This document shows positions 1-9,979 of a DNA stretch of 64,000 bases, piece by piece. Origin of the DNA: Chloroflexota bacterium. GTDB lineage: Bacteria > Chloroflexota > UBA11872 > VXOZ01. The position numbers and the translations under genes were made by a program. How positions within the stretch are numbered: position 1 is the first letter of the stretch; each line of letters begins with the position of its first letter. Under the pieces are notes generated by a model. The model did not search any database. It was not told the origin of the DNA and saw nothing but the letters and a program-made list of their open reading frames with translations. Where the stretch lies: NCBI GenBank assembly GCA_964291655.2, contig OZ219802.1, forward strand, positions 480,001-544,000. Direction: 5' to 3'.

Positions 1-40
1 ACGGCGCACGTGTGGACGACTCCTCAGCGAGACCGGCCTT
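1..40 (+). promoter_or_regulatory. possible 3' half of a yybP-ykoY (Mn2+) riboswitch, cut by the window edge
   Basis: ACG-GCGCA-CGTG-TGG-ACGAC...AGCGAGACC resembles the P3 'UGG' and 'GCGAGACC' end of yybP-ykoY. The diagnostic 5' GGGAGUAG half would lie outside the window. Confidence 0.3.
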
Positions 41-116
41 CGCCCCCGTGGGTTTGCAGGTCCAACGAAATCCTTAGGACGCAGTTTCATCCGTCATCAG
101 CAACGCAAGGAGGCGT

Positions 117-386
117 GTGATGATCGCCAAAGGCAAAGTCGCCATTCATTCGCGGAAGAGACAAATCATCGCAGAGGTTGCAATCGCCATAGCAGTCGCA
201 GTGCTCGCAGTCATTCTGATCGGTCCGTTCATCGCGAGGCCGGCGTATGCCGACGAGAGTCTCAGGCACACGGAATGCCCGAGTTCGACCCAGCAAAGCA
301 TCACCGTCTCAGCGCCCGACTTCGGGATGATGAGCGGCATTGAGGGCATCGAGCCAATCGGGCACAATGATGACTGCCAGCATTGA
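117..386 (+). CDS. small exported or membrane-anchored hypothetical protein
   Basis: Strong SD AAGGAGG just upstream of GTG/ATG (117/120). Basic N-terminus, long hydrophobic stretch, AYA-DE signal-peptidase-like site. Confidence 0.6.
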   Translation: MMIAKGKVAIHSRKRQIIAEVAIAIAVAVLAVILIGPFIARPAYADESLRHTECPSSTQQSITVSAPDFGMMSGIEGIEPIGHNDDCQH

Positions 387-587
387 CCGGGTCTACCTGG
401 CCGCCTGTGACGGCGCGGGAAGTGCACGCCGGCCGGTCGTCTAGCCTACGATCCTGGAATACCGCGGCGGGATGCGGGACTTGAGAGCAGCGGTACCATT
501 GCTTGCGGCTCTTGAGCTGGGGGTGGGACAGTTCACTCCCCGCCGGATCCCCCGGTGCGGAACCCGGCCGAAGCACGAGACAAGGAA

Positions 588-624
588 GAAGGGAGCCACA
601 GCCACGCGGGCTGTGGCTCCCTTC
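588..624. terminator. perfect 16-bp stem hairpin, likely terminator
   Basis: GAAGGGAGCCACAGCC-acgcg-GGCTGTGGCTCCCTTC; the U-tract is weak. Confidence 0.55.
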
Positions 625-753
625 ACTGCGTGCGTATCTTTGCTCTCTGGCAACTGTGGGCTCTCGCCTATTAATCCAGCCGGCGCGTGCATTGGATTTA
701 TTGGCCCGCTTGCACTATGCTCGAATCTGGAACACTGCAGCCAGGAGTCAGCA

Positions 754-1887
754 ATGCGGACCATAACCAAGACACAAGAGCGGCTCGACGACCTCTTGCG
801 CGACTTTGCCGATTTGCGAGAACGCGCGGTAGGCTATCCCTGCAATCTGGACTTCGACTACAGCGCCTTGCTGCCCTTCCTCAGCTTCAGCGCCAACAAC
901 GTGGGCGATCCCTTTCACGACAGCAACTTTCAAAGCAACTCGCATGAATTGGAAAGGGAGGTCATCAGGACGTTCGCGGACCTGATGCATCTGCCGCGCG
1001 ACGAGGCCTGGGGCTATGTCACCTCCGGCGGCACCGAGGGCAACATGTATGGGCTCTACCTGGCCCGCGAGATGTTTCCCGATGGCGTGGTCTACTTCTC
1101 ACAGGATACGCACTACAGCGTGGTCAAGATCCTCCGCGTCCTCAAGGCGCGCAATATCATGATCAAGAGCCAGGACAACGGCGAGATTGACTACGACGAC
1201 CTGCGCGAGACCATCCGCATCAACCGCGACGCGCCCGTCATCGTTTTGGCGAACGTCGGCACCACGATGAAAGGCGCCGTGGACGACGTGGGCAAGGTGC
1301 GCGGGATTTTGGACGACCTAGCGATCACGGGCTACCACATTCACGCGGACGCGGCCCTCAGCGGAATGATCCTGCCGTTTGTGGACGATCCGCAGCCCTA
1401 CGGGTTCGCTGCCGGGTTCGATAGCGTTTCGATCAGCGGCCACAAGATGATTGGCTCGCCGTTGCCTTGTGGAGTCGCCCTGACGCGGGCCGATTACGTG
1501 GCGCGCATCGCCCGCTCGATCGAATACGTCGGCGTGCTGGATACAACCCTGGCAGGATCGCGTAACGCCTTCACACCGCTCATGCTGTGGTACGCTCTGC
1601 AGCAGCACGGTCTGGACGGCTATCGCGAAATCGTAGCTGAGTGCCTGGCAGTGGCCGCGTATGCGGTCGGCAGTTTCAATGACCGCGGCATCCCGGCGTG
1701 GCGAAACAAGAACTCGGTCACGGTTGTCTTTCCAAAGCCGCCGGCAGCCGTGGTGCGCAAATGGCAACTCGCACCATACGAGGACATCGCCCACCTCATT
1801 ACCATGCCCCACGTGACTCGAGAGACTATCGATCTGGTCATCGCCGACTGCCTGGAACAGCAGCCACTCGAAAGGACACAGGGATGA
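754..1887 (+). CDS. hdc: PLP-dependent group II decarboxylase, histidine/serine decarboxylase clade
   Basis: Motifs GYPCN, NNVGDPF, GYVTSGGTEGN, DTHYS, HADAA and SISGHK (PLP lysine). SD CAGGAG precedes ATG 754. Confidence 0.85.
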   Translation: MRTITKTQERLDDLLRDFADLRERAVGYPCNLDFDYSALLPFLSFSANNVGDPFHDSNFQSNSHELEREVIRTFADLMHLPRDEAWGYVTSGGTEGNMYGLYLAREMFPDGVVYFSQDTHYSVVKILRVLKARNIMIKSQDNGEIDYDDLRETIRINRDAPVIVLANVGTTMKGAVDDVGKVRGILDDLAITGYHIHADAALSGMILPFVDDPQPYGFAAGFDSVSISGHKMIGSPLPCGVALTRADYVARIARSIEYVGVLDTTLAGSRNAFTPLMLWYALQQHGLDGYREIVAECLAVAAYAVGSFNDRGIPAWRNKNSVTVVFPKPPAAVVRKWQLAPYEDIAHLITMPHVTRETIDLVIADCLEQQPLERTQG

Positions 1888-2276
1888 ATAGGATAACTGT
1901 CTTAGCAAAAAACGAAATCGGCGTCATTGCCGACATCAGCCGGGCGCTGGCCGATGCGGGGATCAACATAGAGACCATCAGCGCCGAGGGGCTCAAAGAA
2001 CGCGGCACCATTACACTCACAACCGACGCCCAAGACGCTGCCCTGCGCGAACTCAAAAATGCCGGCTTCAAAGCAGTCACCGACGAGTCTCTAGTGCTCC
2101 GGCTGCCGGACGAACCGGGCGCTCTCGCCAAGGTGGCTGAGCGGTTCAAGCAGGCTGGCGTCAATATACAGAGTCTGCACATTCTCGAGCGCAAAGCCGG
2201 CTTCACCATCGTGGCGCTCGCCGCCGAAGACCGCGAGAAGGCCGCAAAACTGGTGGATGAGGCAACCCTGGTGTAG
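1884..2276 (+). CDS. tandem ACT-domain protein
   Basis: Two ACT repeats (NEIGVIADISRALADAGINI; DEPGALAKVAERFKQAGVNI). ATGA overlap with the hdc stop. Confidence 0.85.
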   Translation: MNRITVLAKNEIGVIADISRALADAGINIETISAEGLKERGTITLTTDAQDAALRELKNAGFKAVTDESLVLRLPDEPGALAKVAERFKQAGVNIQSLHILERKAGFTIVALAAEDREKAAKLVDEATLV

Positions 2277-2484
2277 CCGACAGGACACGGGTGTTGCAGG
2301 CCTAACCTCAGGTCGCATCGTCTTTCGCAATAGACTTCCCGCTGTACTCAGCCTCTGTGAGAATCATCCTTGCGGAAGGCACAAAACGAACGAGAGGCTA
2401 CGGGACTGCCGCATCATGAGCCGTTAGGCGTGGCACCGTACGCCATGCCTGCTCGGGTGGCTGTACCGCATTGCGCATGAACAC

Positions 2485-2901
2485 TTACGTCCCGCTTCGC
2501 CCCTCTCCCCCATTCACCGGCCAATGGCCGGGAACAGGATAGGCCTCGTCCTCGCCCGGCCAAGGAGGCATCGTTACAATGATGAAACGCAACGGCCTGT
2601 TCCCGGTTGTCCTGAATTGGAAGTGCGTGCCAACCGGGAGCGAGAGGCTCGCGCCTGGAGCCACGTTTACAATCCGCTCCCGATTTCCTTCTCGCCGCCA
2701 CACGTGGCCCGTACCCTCCAAGAAGTACCAGACCTCCTCAACCGTCCTGTGCGCGACGGCCATGGATACCTCCCCGGGGTTTAGCGTGCAGTGGACCATG
2801 CTGCCGCGGCTGGTTGCCGACAGTAGTCGGATTTCCGAACCATCCGGCGCCAGCGTGTCGTAGTTCGCGCCGGCTAGCATGTAGTCAAAGTCCTCGTTCA
2901 T
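2485..2901 (-). CDS. cupin-domain protein
   Basis: Cupin motifs AHRTVEEVWYFLEGTG and LPVGTHFQF. Confidence 0.85.
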   Translation of the reverse strand: MNEDFDYMLAGANYDTLAPDGSEIRLLSATSRGSMVHCTLNPGEVSMAVAHRTVEEVWYFLEGTGHVWRREGNRERIVNVAPGASLSLPVGTHFQFRTTGNRPLRFIIVTMPPWPGEDEAYPVPGHWPVNGGEGRSGT

Positions 2902-3257
2902 ACTGCTCTTTACCTCAACCTAGTCCGTCAGCGCATTCTTCTCTTGAGTCCGTAGCGACACAACCTCGTCTGATTTGAAGACATTCCGATAGGGTGCTAA
3001 TGCGCTCCGCCAAGGAAAATTCCTAAGATCACGTTATCTCTCTGTGAAGCCAAAAAGCACCTCAGCTTCGTACGGCATCTATGTAGTTTCCCGCTGAGGA
3101 ATACGCGCAAGGCGCCAACCAACAGAGCAAGAATTGCGTCCGTACATCCTTTGGTTTGTCTTGTACTATACTATCCATAGGGAAAGTGGGTATCCTCTTC
3201 GAAGCCAGTGTGACGTCGAGTGAATCCGAGCTTGTATAGACACCGGAGGGATTCAGG

Positions 3258-6200
3258 GTGGTGACTGACGAAACAGGCCGGCTCTTCCTCCGTTGCCTCA
3301 GTTTAGACTTGGAAGTTAACACTCGCGACGACCGCATCTTCGCGTTAGCGGGAGTGCGCCCGGACATCGGCAAGTCTGTAGTCTTCCCCGCAGGCGGCCA
3401 TGGATTGTCCGCCGCATTGTCTCAACTGGACAATCTCAGTGACGGGGCGGACTTTCTGCTCGGCCACAATCTAATCGCCTTTGATTTGCCCAGACTGCAA
3501 GCTGCTAATCCTAGCCTTCGGCTTCTGCGGCTGCCGGCCGTGGACACACTTCGGCTCAATCCCCTCGCCTTCCCGCGCAATCCCTATCACCACCTGGTTA
3601 AGCACTACCAGGACGGGCAACTGCGGCGCGGCAAGATTAACGATCCGGAGCTGGATGCGCGGCTTACGCTGGAGGTGTTTAGCGACCAGCAGAAGGCTCT
3701 ACGCGCTGCGCCGACCGACCTGCAACTAGCCTGGCATTGGCTGACAAGCGTACAAGATGGCACAGGCTTTGATTGGGTATTCACGTTGCTCCGGCAGACC
3801 GGAAGGCCGACCGATTCTGAGGCGCACGAGGCAATCTGCAGAATACTAGCTGGCAACGCCTGTGCAACTCATACGAATGAAACCATAGCTGATGCGTCCC
3901 ACCTGAGTTGGCCGTTGGCCTATGCGTTGGCCTGGTTATCGGTGGCCGGAGGCAATTCAGTGATGCCTCCCTGGGTACGACACCAGTTTCCCGCTGCAGG
4001 ACTCCTGGTGCGCCGCTTGCGCGACACTGCCTGCGCCGATCCCGCCTGTGAATGGTGCCGGGAACGGCACGACGCCGGCAAGGAGCTTGCGCGCTGGTTT
4101 GGCTTTCCCAACTTTCGCCCGGAGCCGGCCGACGAAGACGGTAGGCCGATGCAGCAGTCCATCGTCGAGACTGCGATGGCGGGAGAGCATGTGCTTGGGA
4201 TTTTGCCCACCGGCACCGGTAAGTCGGTGTGCTATCAGATTCCTGCTCTCTCCCGCTATGACAAGACCGGCGCGCTGACGGTGGTAATCTCTCCATTGGT
4301 CGCGCTCATGGCCGACCAGGTGGCAGGACTTGAGGCGCGGGGTATTGGCTCCTGCGTCACTATCAACAGTATCTTGTCCATGCCTGAGCGGAGCGATGCG
4401 CTTGAACGTGTGCGGCTTGGTGATGCAAGCATTCTCCTGATTTCCCCTGAGCAGTTGCGCAGCGTCAGCGTGCGCCGAGTCTTAGAGCAACGCGAGATTG
4501 GCGCCTGGGTGCTGGACGAGGCCCATTGCCTCTCCAAGTGGGGGCATGATTTCCGTCCTGACTACCGCTACGTGGGACGCTTCATCCGCCAGCGTGCCGG
4601 GGAAGAGCCAGTGCCGCCGGTGCTATGCCTGACCGCCACTGCCAAGCCGGATGTCATGGCTGAACTCGTAGCATATTTCCGAGAAGAACTCGGCATCACG
4701 ATGCAAGTCTTTGACGGCGGCGCTCAACGCACCAACCTGGAATTCGTGGTGGTACAGACGAGCGTCGGTGAAAAATTCGCGCACATCCACCACATCCTGA
4801 CGGACGATCTCTCGGAAGAAGGGGGAGGAGCCATCGTCTACTGCGCGACGCAGCGAAATGCTGAGGAAATTGCTGAGTTCTTACAGGCAAAAGAGGTCAA
4901 GGCGGACTACTTTCACGCGGGACTATCCCCCGAAACGAAAAAGGACGTTCAACGAAACTTCATCCAGGGTGAACTGCATGTCATCGTTGCTACCAATGCC
5001 TTCGGCATGGGGATTGATAAGCCAAATGTCCGGCTTGTCATCCACGCCGACATGCCAAGTTCACTCGAAAACTATCTTCAAGAGGCAGGCCGAGCCGGAC
5101 GCGATCAACAATCAGCCCGCTGCGTGCTTCTCTACACACTAGAGGACGTGGAACGCCAATTCAGCCTGTCGGCCCGCTCGCGACTCACTCGACAGGAGAT
5201 CTACGGCGTGCTGCGGGCCCTGCGCAATCTAGACCGCAAGAGACGCTTGGAAGGCAATGTGGTGGCCACTTCCGGTGAAATCCTTGGCGAGGACGATGAG
5301 AAGGTGTTCCAACGGGATTCCGCCACCGATGACACTCGCACGCGGACAGCGGTGGCCTGGCTGGAGGAAGCAGAGCTATTGAACCGAGAAGAAAACCGTG
5401 TGCAGATCTTCCCATCGTCTCTGCGTGTAAACTCTGTCAGCGAGGCGAGTGCCAAGCTGCAGAAGGCAAAGATCACCCCATTCTACCGGGGTAAGTTGCA
5501 GACTATTGCGGAGGCCCTGATAGATGCGGACGCCGACGAGGGGATCTCCACAGACGAACTTATGGCCGCTTCCGGTCTAGACTCAGAGGGCGTGCGCGCC
5601 GCAATATATGACCTGGAGCGATTGGGGATTGCCAGCAACGACACAGTGTTGACTGCCTTTGTGCACTCAGGAGTACAGCGTCAATCGCGTCAACGCTTCG
5701 AACGGGCAGCAGACCTCGAACAAGCCCTGATTAAGCTCCTGCAGGAGACCGACCAAGTGACGGAAAAGGGAGATTCGTGGCCGCTGCATCTCCGGCAAGT
5801 AACCCAACGGCTCAGGGACGACGGCCACTCGCATGCGCTGCCTGAACTCGTGCGGCGGATTATCCGCAGCATTGCCGCCGACGGACGGGGGGAGGGTGGA
5901 AGTGGAGGAAGCCTGGGAGTGCGGGGGCGCGATGCGGAGACCCTGTACGTGACGTTGCAGCGTGACTGGAATTCGTTGAGTAAGACTGCCGAGTTGCGTC
6001 GCGCGGCCGCTGGGCGTTTGCTAGACGATCTCTTGGCCGGCCTTCCGCCTGGTACGCGTGGCACAGACTTGCTGGTTGAAACGACACTCGGAAAGTTGCT
6101 GGGGGCAGTTAGTTCTGACATGGCCCTAGCGAGTGAAGTTAAGAGTCCCGTCAAGCTCACTGATCGCGCTCTCCTATGGCTCCACGAACAGGAAGTAATT

Positions 6201-8381
6201 CGGCTCAACCGGGGACTCACCGTCTTTCGCCCAGCCATGACGATTCATTTGAAACCGGAGCGGCGCGGTTTCGCCCAGGCTGATTACGGGTCCCTCAAGC
6301 TCCACTACGACGAACAGATTCTTCAGATTCACGTGATGGCGGAATATGTGCAGCAGGGTCTGCAAGCCATGGCGGATGCACTGCGCCTGGCAATGGATTA
6401 CTTCAGCCTGCGCCGGGAGGAGTTTCTGCAGCGCTGGCTACCCGACCGTGACCGGGAGATTTCCCGTCAAACTACACCGGAATCGTGGCAGACCATCGTC
6501 GAGAGCCTCAAGAACCCAATCCAGCGCCGTATCGTTGCTGATGAACGGGAGCAGACAAATGTCTTGGTGCTCGCCGGCCCCGGCTCGGGCAAGACACGCG
6601 TGCTGGTGCATCGCATTGCCTTCTTGATACGCGCGAAGCGTGAGAACCCCCGCGGCATCCTGGCGCTCGCGTACAACCGACACGCGGCGGTTGAGGTTCG
6701 TCGCCGGCTTGCAAAACTCATTGGCGATGACGCCCGAGGAGTAATTTTACTTACCTGCCACGCGCTCGCCATGCGGCTGGTAGGCGCGAGCTTCACGGGA
6801 CGCGCGAACCGACTGAACGAAGAAGACTTTCAAGTAATCCTACGACAAGCCGTAGAACTGCTCCGCGGTGAAGGTCTGGAGCCCGATGAAGCTGACGAAT
6901 ACCGCACCCGGTTGCTCGCGGGCTTCCGCTGGATTCTCGTCGACGAGTACCAGGACATTGGGCCGGACCAATATGCGCTCATATCCGCACTGGCTGGCAG
7001 GACACTGTCCGAGGAAGACGACAAAATAAGCCTGTTCGCGGTGGGAGACGACGATCAGAACATCTACGCGTTCAATGGCTCATCCGTCGAGTTTATTCGC
7101 CGCTTTGAAAAGGACTACGCGGCACGACCCATATACCTTACAGACAACTATCGCTCTACTGGTAACGTGATTGAGGCGTCCAACAAGGTCATTGAGGCGG
7201 CGCGCCAGCGGATGAAAGCCGGTCATCCGATCCGCGTTGACCGGGCGCGGGCGCGCGCGCCAGCCGGCGGTGTGTGGGCTCAGGTGGATCCCATCACCAA
7301 AGGTCGTGTCCAGATACTGCAAGCTGGAGAAACGCCGGTCTCCCAAGCCCAAACGGTCGTTGCTGAGCTCAAGCGCATGTCCAGTTTCGCGCCAGACTGG
7401 GATTGGTCTACGTGCGCAGTAGTCGCCCGCGAATGGAGCTACCTTGATCCGGTGCGGAGCCTTTGCGAACTCGAAGATATACCGGTGCAGATGGCGAACG
7501 AAGAGTTCACGGGGGTCTGGTTCTTACGGGAAACGCAAACGCTCATAAGCTGGCTGCGCGGGAGAGAGTCCCGCCTAGTCTCAAGCGCTGACCTGAAAGC
7601 CTGGGTCGCCGAGCAACCCTTCGGCCCTTGGATTGAACTCTTGCTTGAAGCATTCGATGAATTCGCGTTGGAAACCAGCGGCTCCGAAACTTCAGTGGAC
7701 CACTGCATCGAATGGCTGGCGGAGTGGGCACGAGACGTGCGCCGCCGCCAGCGCGGCTTGCTGTTGCTGACCGCTCACCGCGCCAAAGGCTTGGAATTCA
7801 ATCACGTCGTCGTGCTGGACGGCGGCTGGGATCGCGTTGGCCGTGAGGAGGATAACGACGCACCGCGTCGGCTTTACTATGTGGCAATGACCCGCGCCCG
7901 GCAGACTCTCGCTCTGGCGCGACTGTCAGAGTCGCACCCGTTCCAGGTCGCCCTTTCTGACATCCTCTCAGTGCAGAATCGCGAACAACCTGCCGGCCTG
8001 CCGCCGGCAAGGCCGGAATTGGCGCGCAGCTATCGTCGACTGAGCCTGCGCGACGTCTTTCTCAGCTTTGCCGGATACAGGCGTGCGGGCGATCAAGTAC
8101 ATCGCGCCATTGCTGCCCTCTCGCCCGGTGACTCGCTGGGTGTGCGATCTGGCCCAAGACGCTGGGAGCTTTTGGATCGCAAGGGAACGGTCGTCGGCCA
8201 GCTCGCGAGCAGCTTTACGCCGCCCGAAGGTATGCGCTGCGTAATTGCCACAGTTTTGGCGGTTGCTAAGTGGAGCAAAGAGGCCTCCGAGACGCAGTTT
8301 CAAGACAACCTGCGCTGCGAAGAGTGGGAAGTTGTGGTACCGGAGTTGGTATTCGAACCGGATCACGGTCCGGCGGACTAA
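3258..8381 (+). CDS. fusion of 3'-5' exonuclease-like domain, RecQ helicase and UvrD-like helicase
   Basis: N-terminal DLE..GHN..FD..DT..D. RecQ motifs PTGTGKS, DEAHCLSKWGHDFRPDY, AFGMGIDK, QEAGRAGRD. UvrD motifs AGPGSGKT, DEYQD, VGDDDQNIY, NYRS, AKGLEF, YVAMTRA. Confidence 0.9.
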   Translation: MVTDETGRLFLRCLSLDLEVNTRDDRIFALAGVRPDIGKSVVFPAGGHGLSAALSQLDNLSDGADFLLGHNLIAFDLPRLQAANPSLRLLRLPAVDTLRLNPLAFPRNPYHHLVKHYQDGQLRRGKINDPELDARLTLEVFSDQQKALRAAPTDLQLAWHWLTSVQDGTGFDWVFTLLRQTGRPTDSEAHEAICRILAGNACATHTNETIADASHLSWPLAYALAWLSVAGGNSVMPPWVRHQFPAAGLLVRRLRDTACADPACEWCRERHDAGKELARWFGFPNFRPEPADEDGRPMQQSIVETAMAGEHVLGILPTGTGKSVCYQIPALSRYDKTGALTVVISPLVALMADQVAGLEARGIGSCVTINSILSMPERSDALERVRLGDASILLISPEQLRSVSVRRVLEQREIGAWVLDEAHCLSKWGHDFRPDYRYVGRFIRQRAGEEPVPPVLCLTATAKPDVMAELVAYFREELGITMQVFDGGAQRTNLEFVVVQTSVGEKFAHIHHILTDDLSEEGGGAIVYCATQRNAEEIAEFLQAKEVKADYFHAGLSPETKKDVQRNFIQGELHVIVATNAFGMGIDKPNVRLVIHADMPSSLENYLQEAGRAGRDQQSARCVLLYTLEDVERQFSLSARSRLTRQEIYGVLRALRNLDRKRRLEGNVVATSGEILGEDDEKVFQRDSATDDTRTRTAVAWLEEAELLNREENRVQIFPSSLRVNSVSEASAKLQKAKITPFYRGKLQTIAEALIDADADEGISTDELMAASGLDSEGVRAAIYDLERLGIASNDTVLTAFVHSGVQRQSRQRFERAADLEQALIKLLQETDQVTEKGDSWPLHLRQVTQRLRDDGHSHALPELVRRIIRSIAADGRGEGGSGGSLGVRGRDAETLYVTLQRDWNSLSKTAELRRAAAGRLLDDLLAGLPPGTRGTDLLVETTLGKLLGAVSSDMALASEVKSPVKLTDRALLWLHEQEVIRLNRGLTVFRPAMTIHLKPERRGFAQADYGSLKLHYDEQILQIHVMAEYVQQGLQAMADALRLAMDYFSLRREEFLQRWLPDRDREISRQTTPESWQTIVESLKNPIQRRIVADEREQTNVLVLAGPGSGKTRVLVHRIAFLIRAKRENPRGILALAYNRHAAVEVRRRLAKLIGDDARGVILLTCHALAMRLVGASFTGRANRLNEEDFQVILRQAVELLRGEGLEPDEADEYRTRLLAGFRWILVDEYQDIGPDQYALISALAGRTLSEEDDKISLFAVGDDDQNIYAFNGSSVEFIRRFEKDYAARPIYLTDNYRSTGNVIEASNKVIEAARQRMKAGHPIRVDRARARAPAGGVWAQVDPITKGRVQILQAGETPVSQAQTVVAELKRMSSFAPDWDWSTCAVVAREWSYLDPVRSLCELEDIPVQMANEEFTGVWFLRETQTLISWLRGRESRLVSSADLKAWVAEQPFGPWIELLLEAFDEFALETSGSETSVDHCIEWLAEWARDVRRRQRGLLLLTAHRAKGLEFNHVVVLDGGWDRVGREEDNDAPRRLYYVAMTRARQTLALARLSESHPFQVALSDILSVQNREQPAGLPPARPELARSYRRLSLRDVFLSFAGYRRAGDQVHRAIAALSPGDSLGVRSGPRRWELLDRKGTVVGQLASSFTPPEGMRCVIATVLAVAKWSKEASETQFQDNLRCEEWEVVVPELVFEPDHGPAD

Positions 8382-8915
8382 GCCTTGATTTGGAAGAGCC
8401 ATTGTTGACCCAAGCACTGACAATATGCGGAAACATTCTTGTCCCTAGGTCATCCCCTCAGTCCACCAGCAACATAGAATGGAAGGGCGCGCTGCAAATG
8501 GTGAATCCACCTGGTTGTGGGGCAATCACGGACGACGTAGCGAATCATCGGTCCAATGTGGCCCAATAAACCCACCCATTTCATCGCTCCCGAGATTGGT
8601 GGAGAACCAAAACTCAATACTGTGCAAGATGAGTCAAATTGCGGCCTTAACATCTCCTGCACCACGCCCTACTATGGAATCTTCCTGATAGGAGTGGCGC
8701 TCGCACACTGCAGCTCCAAGACACAGTCAGCAAGCGCGACTCTCTCTATGCAACCAAGCACCGGAAAGAACCGTCCAATGGGACGAGTTTATTCGACGAT
8801 ATGGGTGACGCAACCGGTACTTCCTGCTTCAATCAAATTGAAGGAAATATGCTGGCGCCTGCCGGGTTGGTGGTGCGCAGTCTTGAGGTATCCAAAAAGG
8901 CTTGAGGGTCTTTGA

Positions 8916-9662
8916 TCAACTGCCAGGAGGGCGGCGAGCAAGACTAAAACTCTGTCCGGTGGGCCCGCCCGGCGGCTGCGAGGCCAGCCATACGGTGAGA
9001 TCCGCCACTTCCTCGGGCAGCTTCACGCGCTCGCTCGGCGCAAAGGGCGGCGGTCCGTCCAACGTGAATCTGTCGGCCGTAAGGGGCGTAAGCACCGGCC
9101 CAGGCACAATTTCGTTTACGTCTATGCCGTGTTCCCATACTTCCATGGAGAGGCACTTTGTGAACATCCACACCGCCGCCTTGGCCGTGTTGTACGAGGA
9201 GCTCCCGGCACGCGCCTCGTGACCCATGCCGGAACCGATATTGATAATCTTGCCACCGCCGCCTGCGATCATTCCCGGCAAGACAAAGCGCGTACAAGCG
9301 TACGTGCCCACTAAGTTGGCGGAAATGCAATCGACCCAGAGGTCCGGCGTGCTTTCCGCAACCGGAGCGTTCTCGGTGCCGCCTCCGGCATTGTTGACCA
9401 AGATGTCGATGCCGCCCAATGCCGCCGTCGCTTCGTGCACCATGCGTTCAACTTGACTCGTGTCCCCAACATCGCACACATAGGACACGGCAACGCCGCC
9501 GGCCGCGTGCATCTCCTTGGCTACAGCAGTTAGCTGGTCTTCAGAACGGGCAGTAATTGCAACCTGCGCTCCTTCATTGGCACAGGCGAGCGCAATAGAG
9601 CGGCCGATGCCGCGCCCGCCTCCTGTAATGAGCACACGGCGTCCGGCGAGCAAGTCTGACAT
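8916..9662 (-). CDS. short-chain dehydrogenase/reductase (SDR)
   Basis: TGGGRGIG, NNAG, YxxxK (YNTAK). Confidence 0.9.
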   Translation of the reverse strand: MSDLLAGRRVLITGGGRGIGRSIALACANEGAQVAITARSEDQLTAVAKEMHAAGGVAVSYVCDVGDTSQVERMVHEATAALGGIDILVNNAGGGTENAPVAESTPDLWVDCISANLVGTYACTRFVLPGMIAGGGGKIINIGSGMGHEARAGSSSYNTAKAAVWMFTKCLSMEVWEHGIDVNEIVPGPVLTPLTADRFTLDGPPPFAPSERVKLPEEVADLTVWLASQPPGGPTGQSFSLARRPPGS

Positions 9663-9859
9663 GCAACTCTCTCCAATTGTACTAATCCTTGCCGAGAAAC
9701 CCGATTCTCATGAGTCAGTGTCTCCCATCTCCTGATTTCTTCCGTGGCCATTGAGACGCAGACACTTGAAGGGCAGCGATCAAATTGGGCTTGCATAGAA
9801 TTGGATAAGCTTGACTGAGCCACAGAATTTACCTACAGTAGACGGTAGTATGCACTCGC

Positions 9860-9934
9860 GCGGGCATGGTGTAGTGGCAACACGCGACCTTCCCAAGGTT
9901 GAGACCGTGGGTTCGAATCCCATTGCCCGCTCCA
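9860..9934 (+). tRNA. tRNA-Gly(CCC)
   Basis: Acceptor stem GCGGGCA/TGCCCGC, D-stem GTGT/ACAC, anticodon loop TTCCCAA, T-loop TTCGAAT, encoded CCA. Confidence 0.95.
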
Positions 9935-9979
9935 AATCTGAATTTCTTCGCGCGTCCCAATGTCGCTCAGGCAACGAGG

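Noticed and set aside
472-753. 94-aa N-terminal extension of the decarboxylase ORF
   Set aside because: It runs through a perfect hairpin and has no family-like sequence; a good SD precedes ATG 754.
8382-8915. Short ORFs after the helicase fusion (8479-8688, 8556-8915) as partner genes
   Set aside because: No recognisable motifs or convincing SD; several overlapping frames are equally weak.
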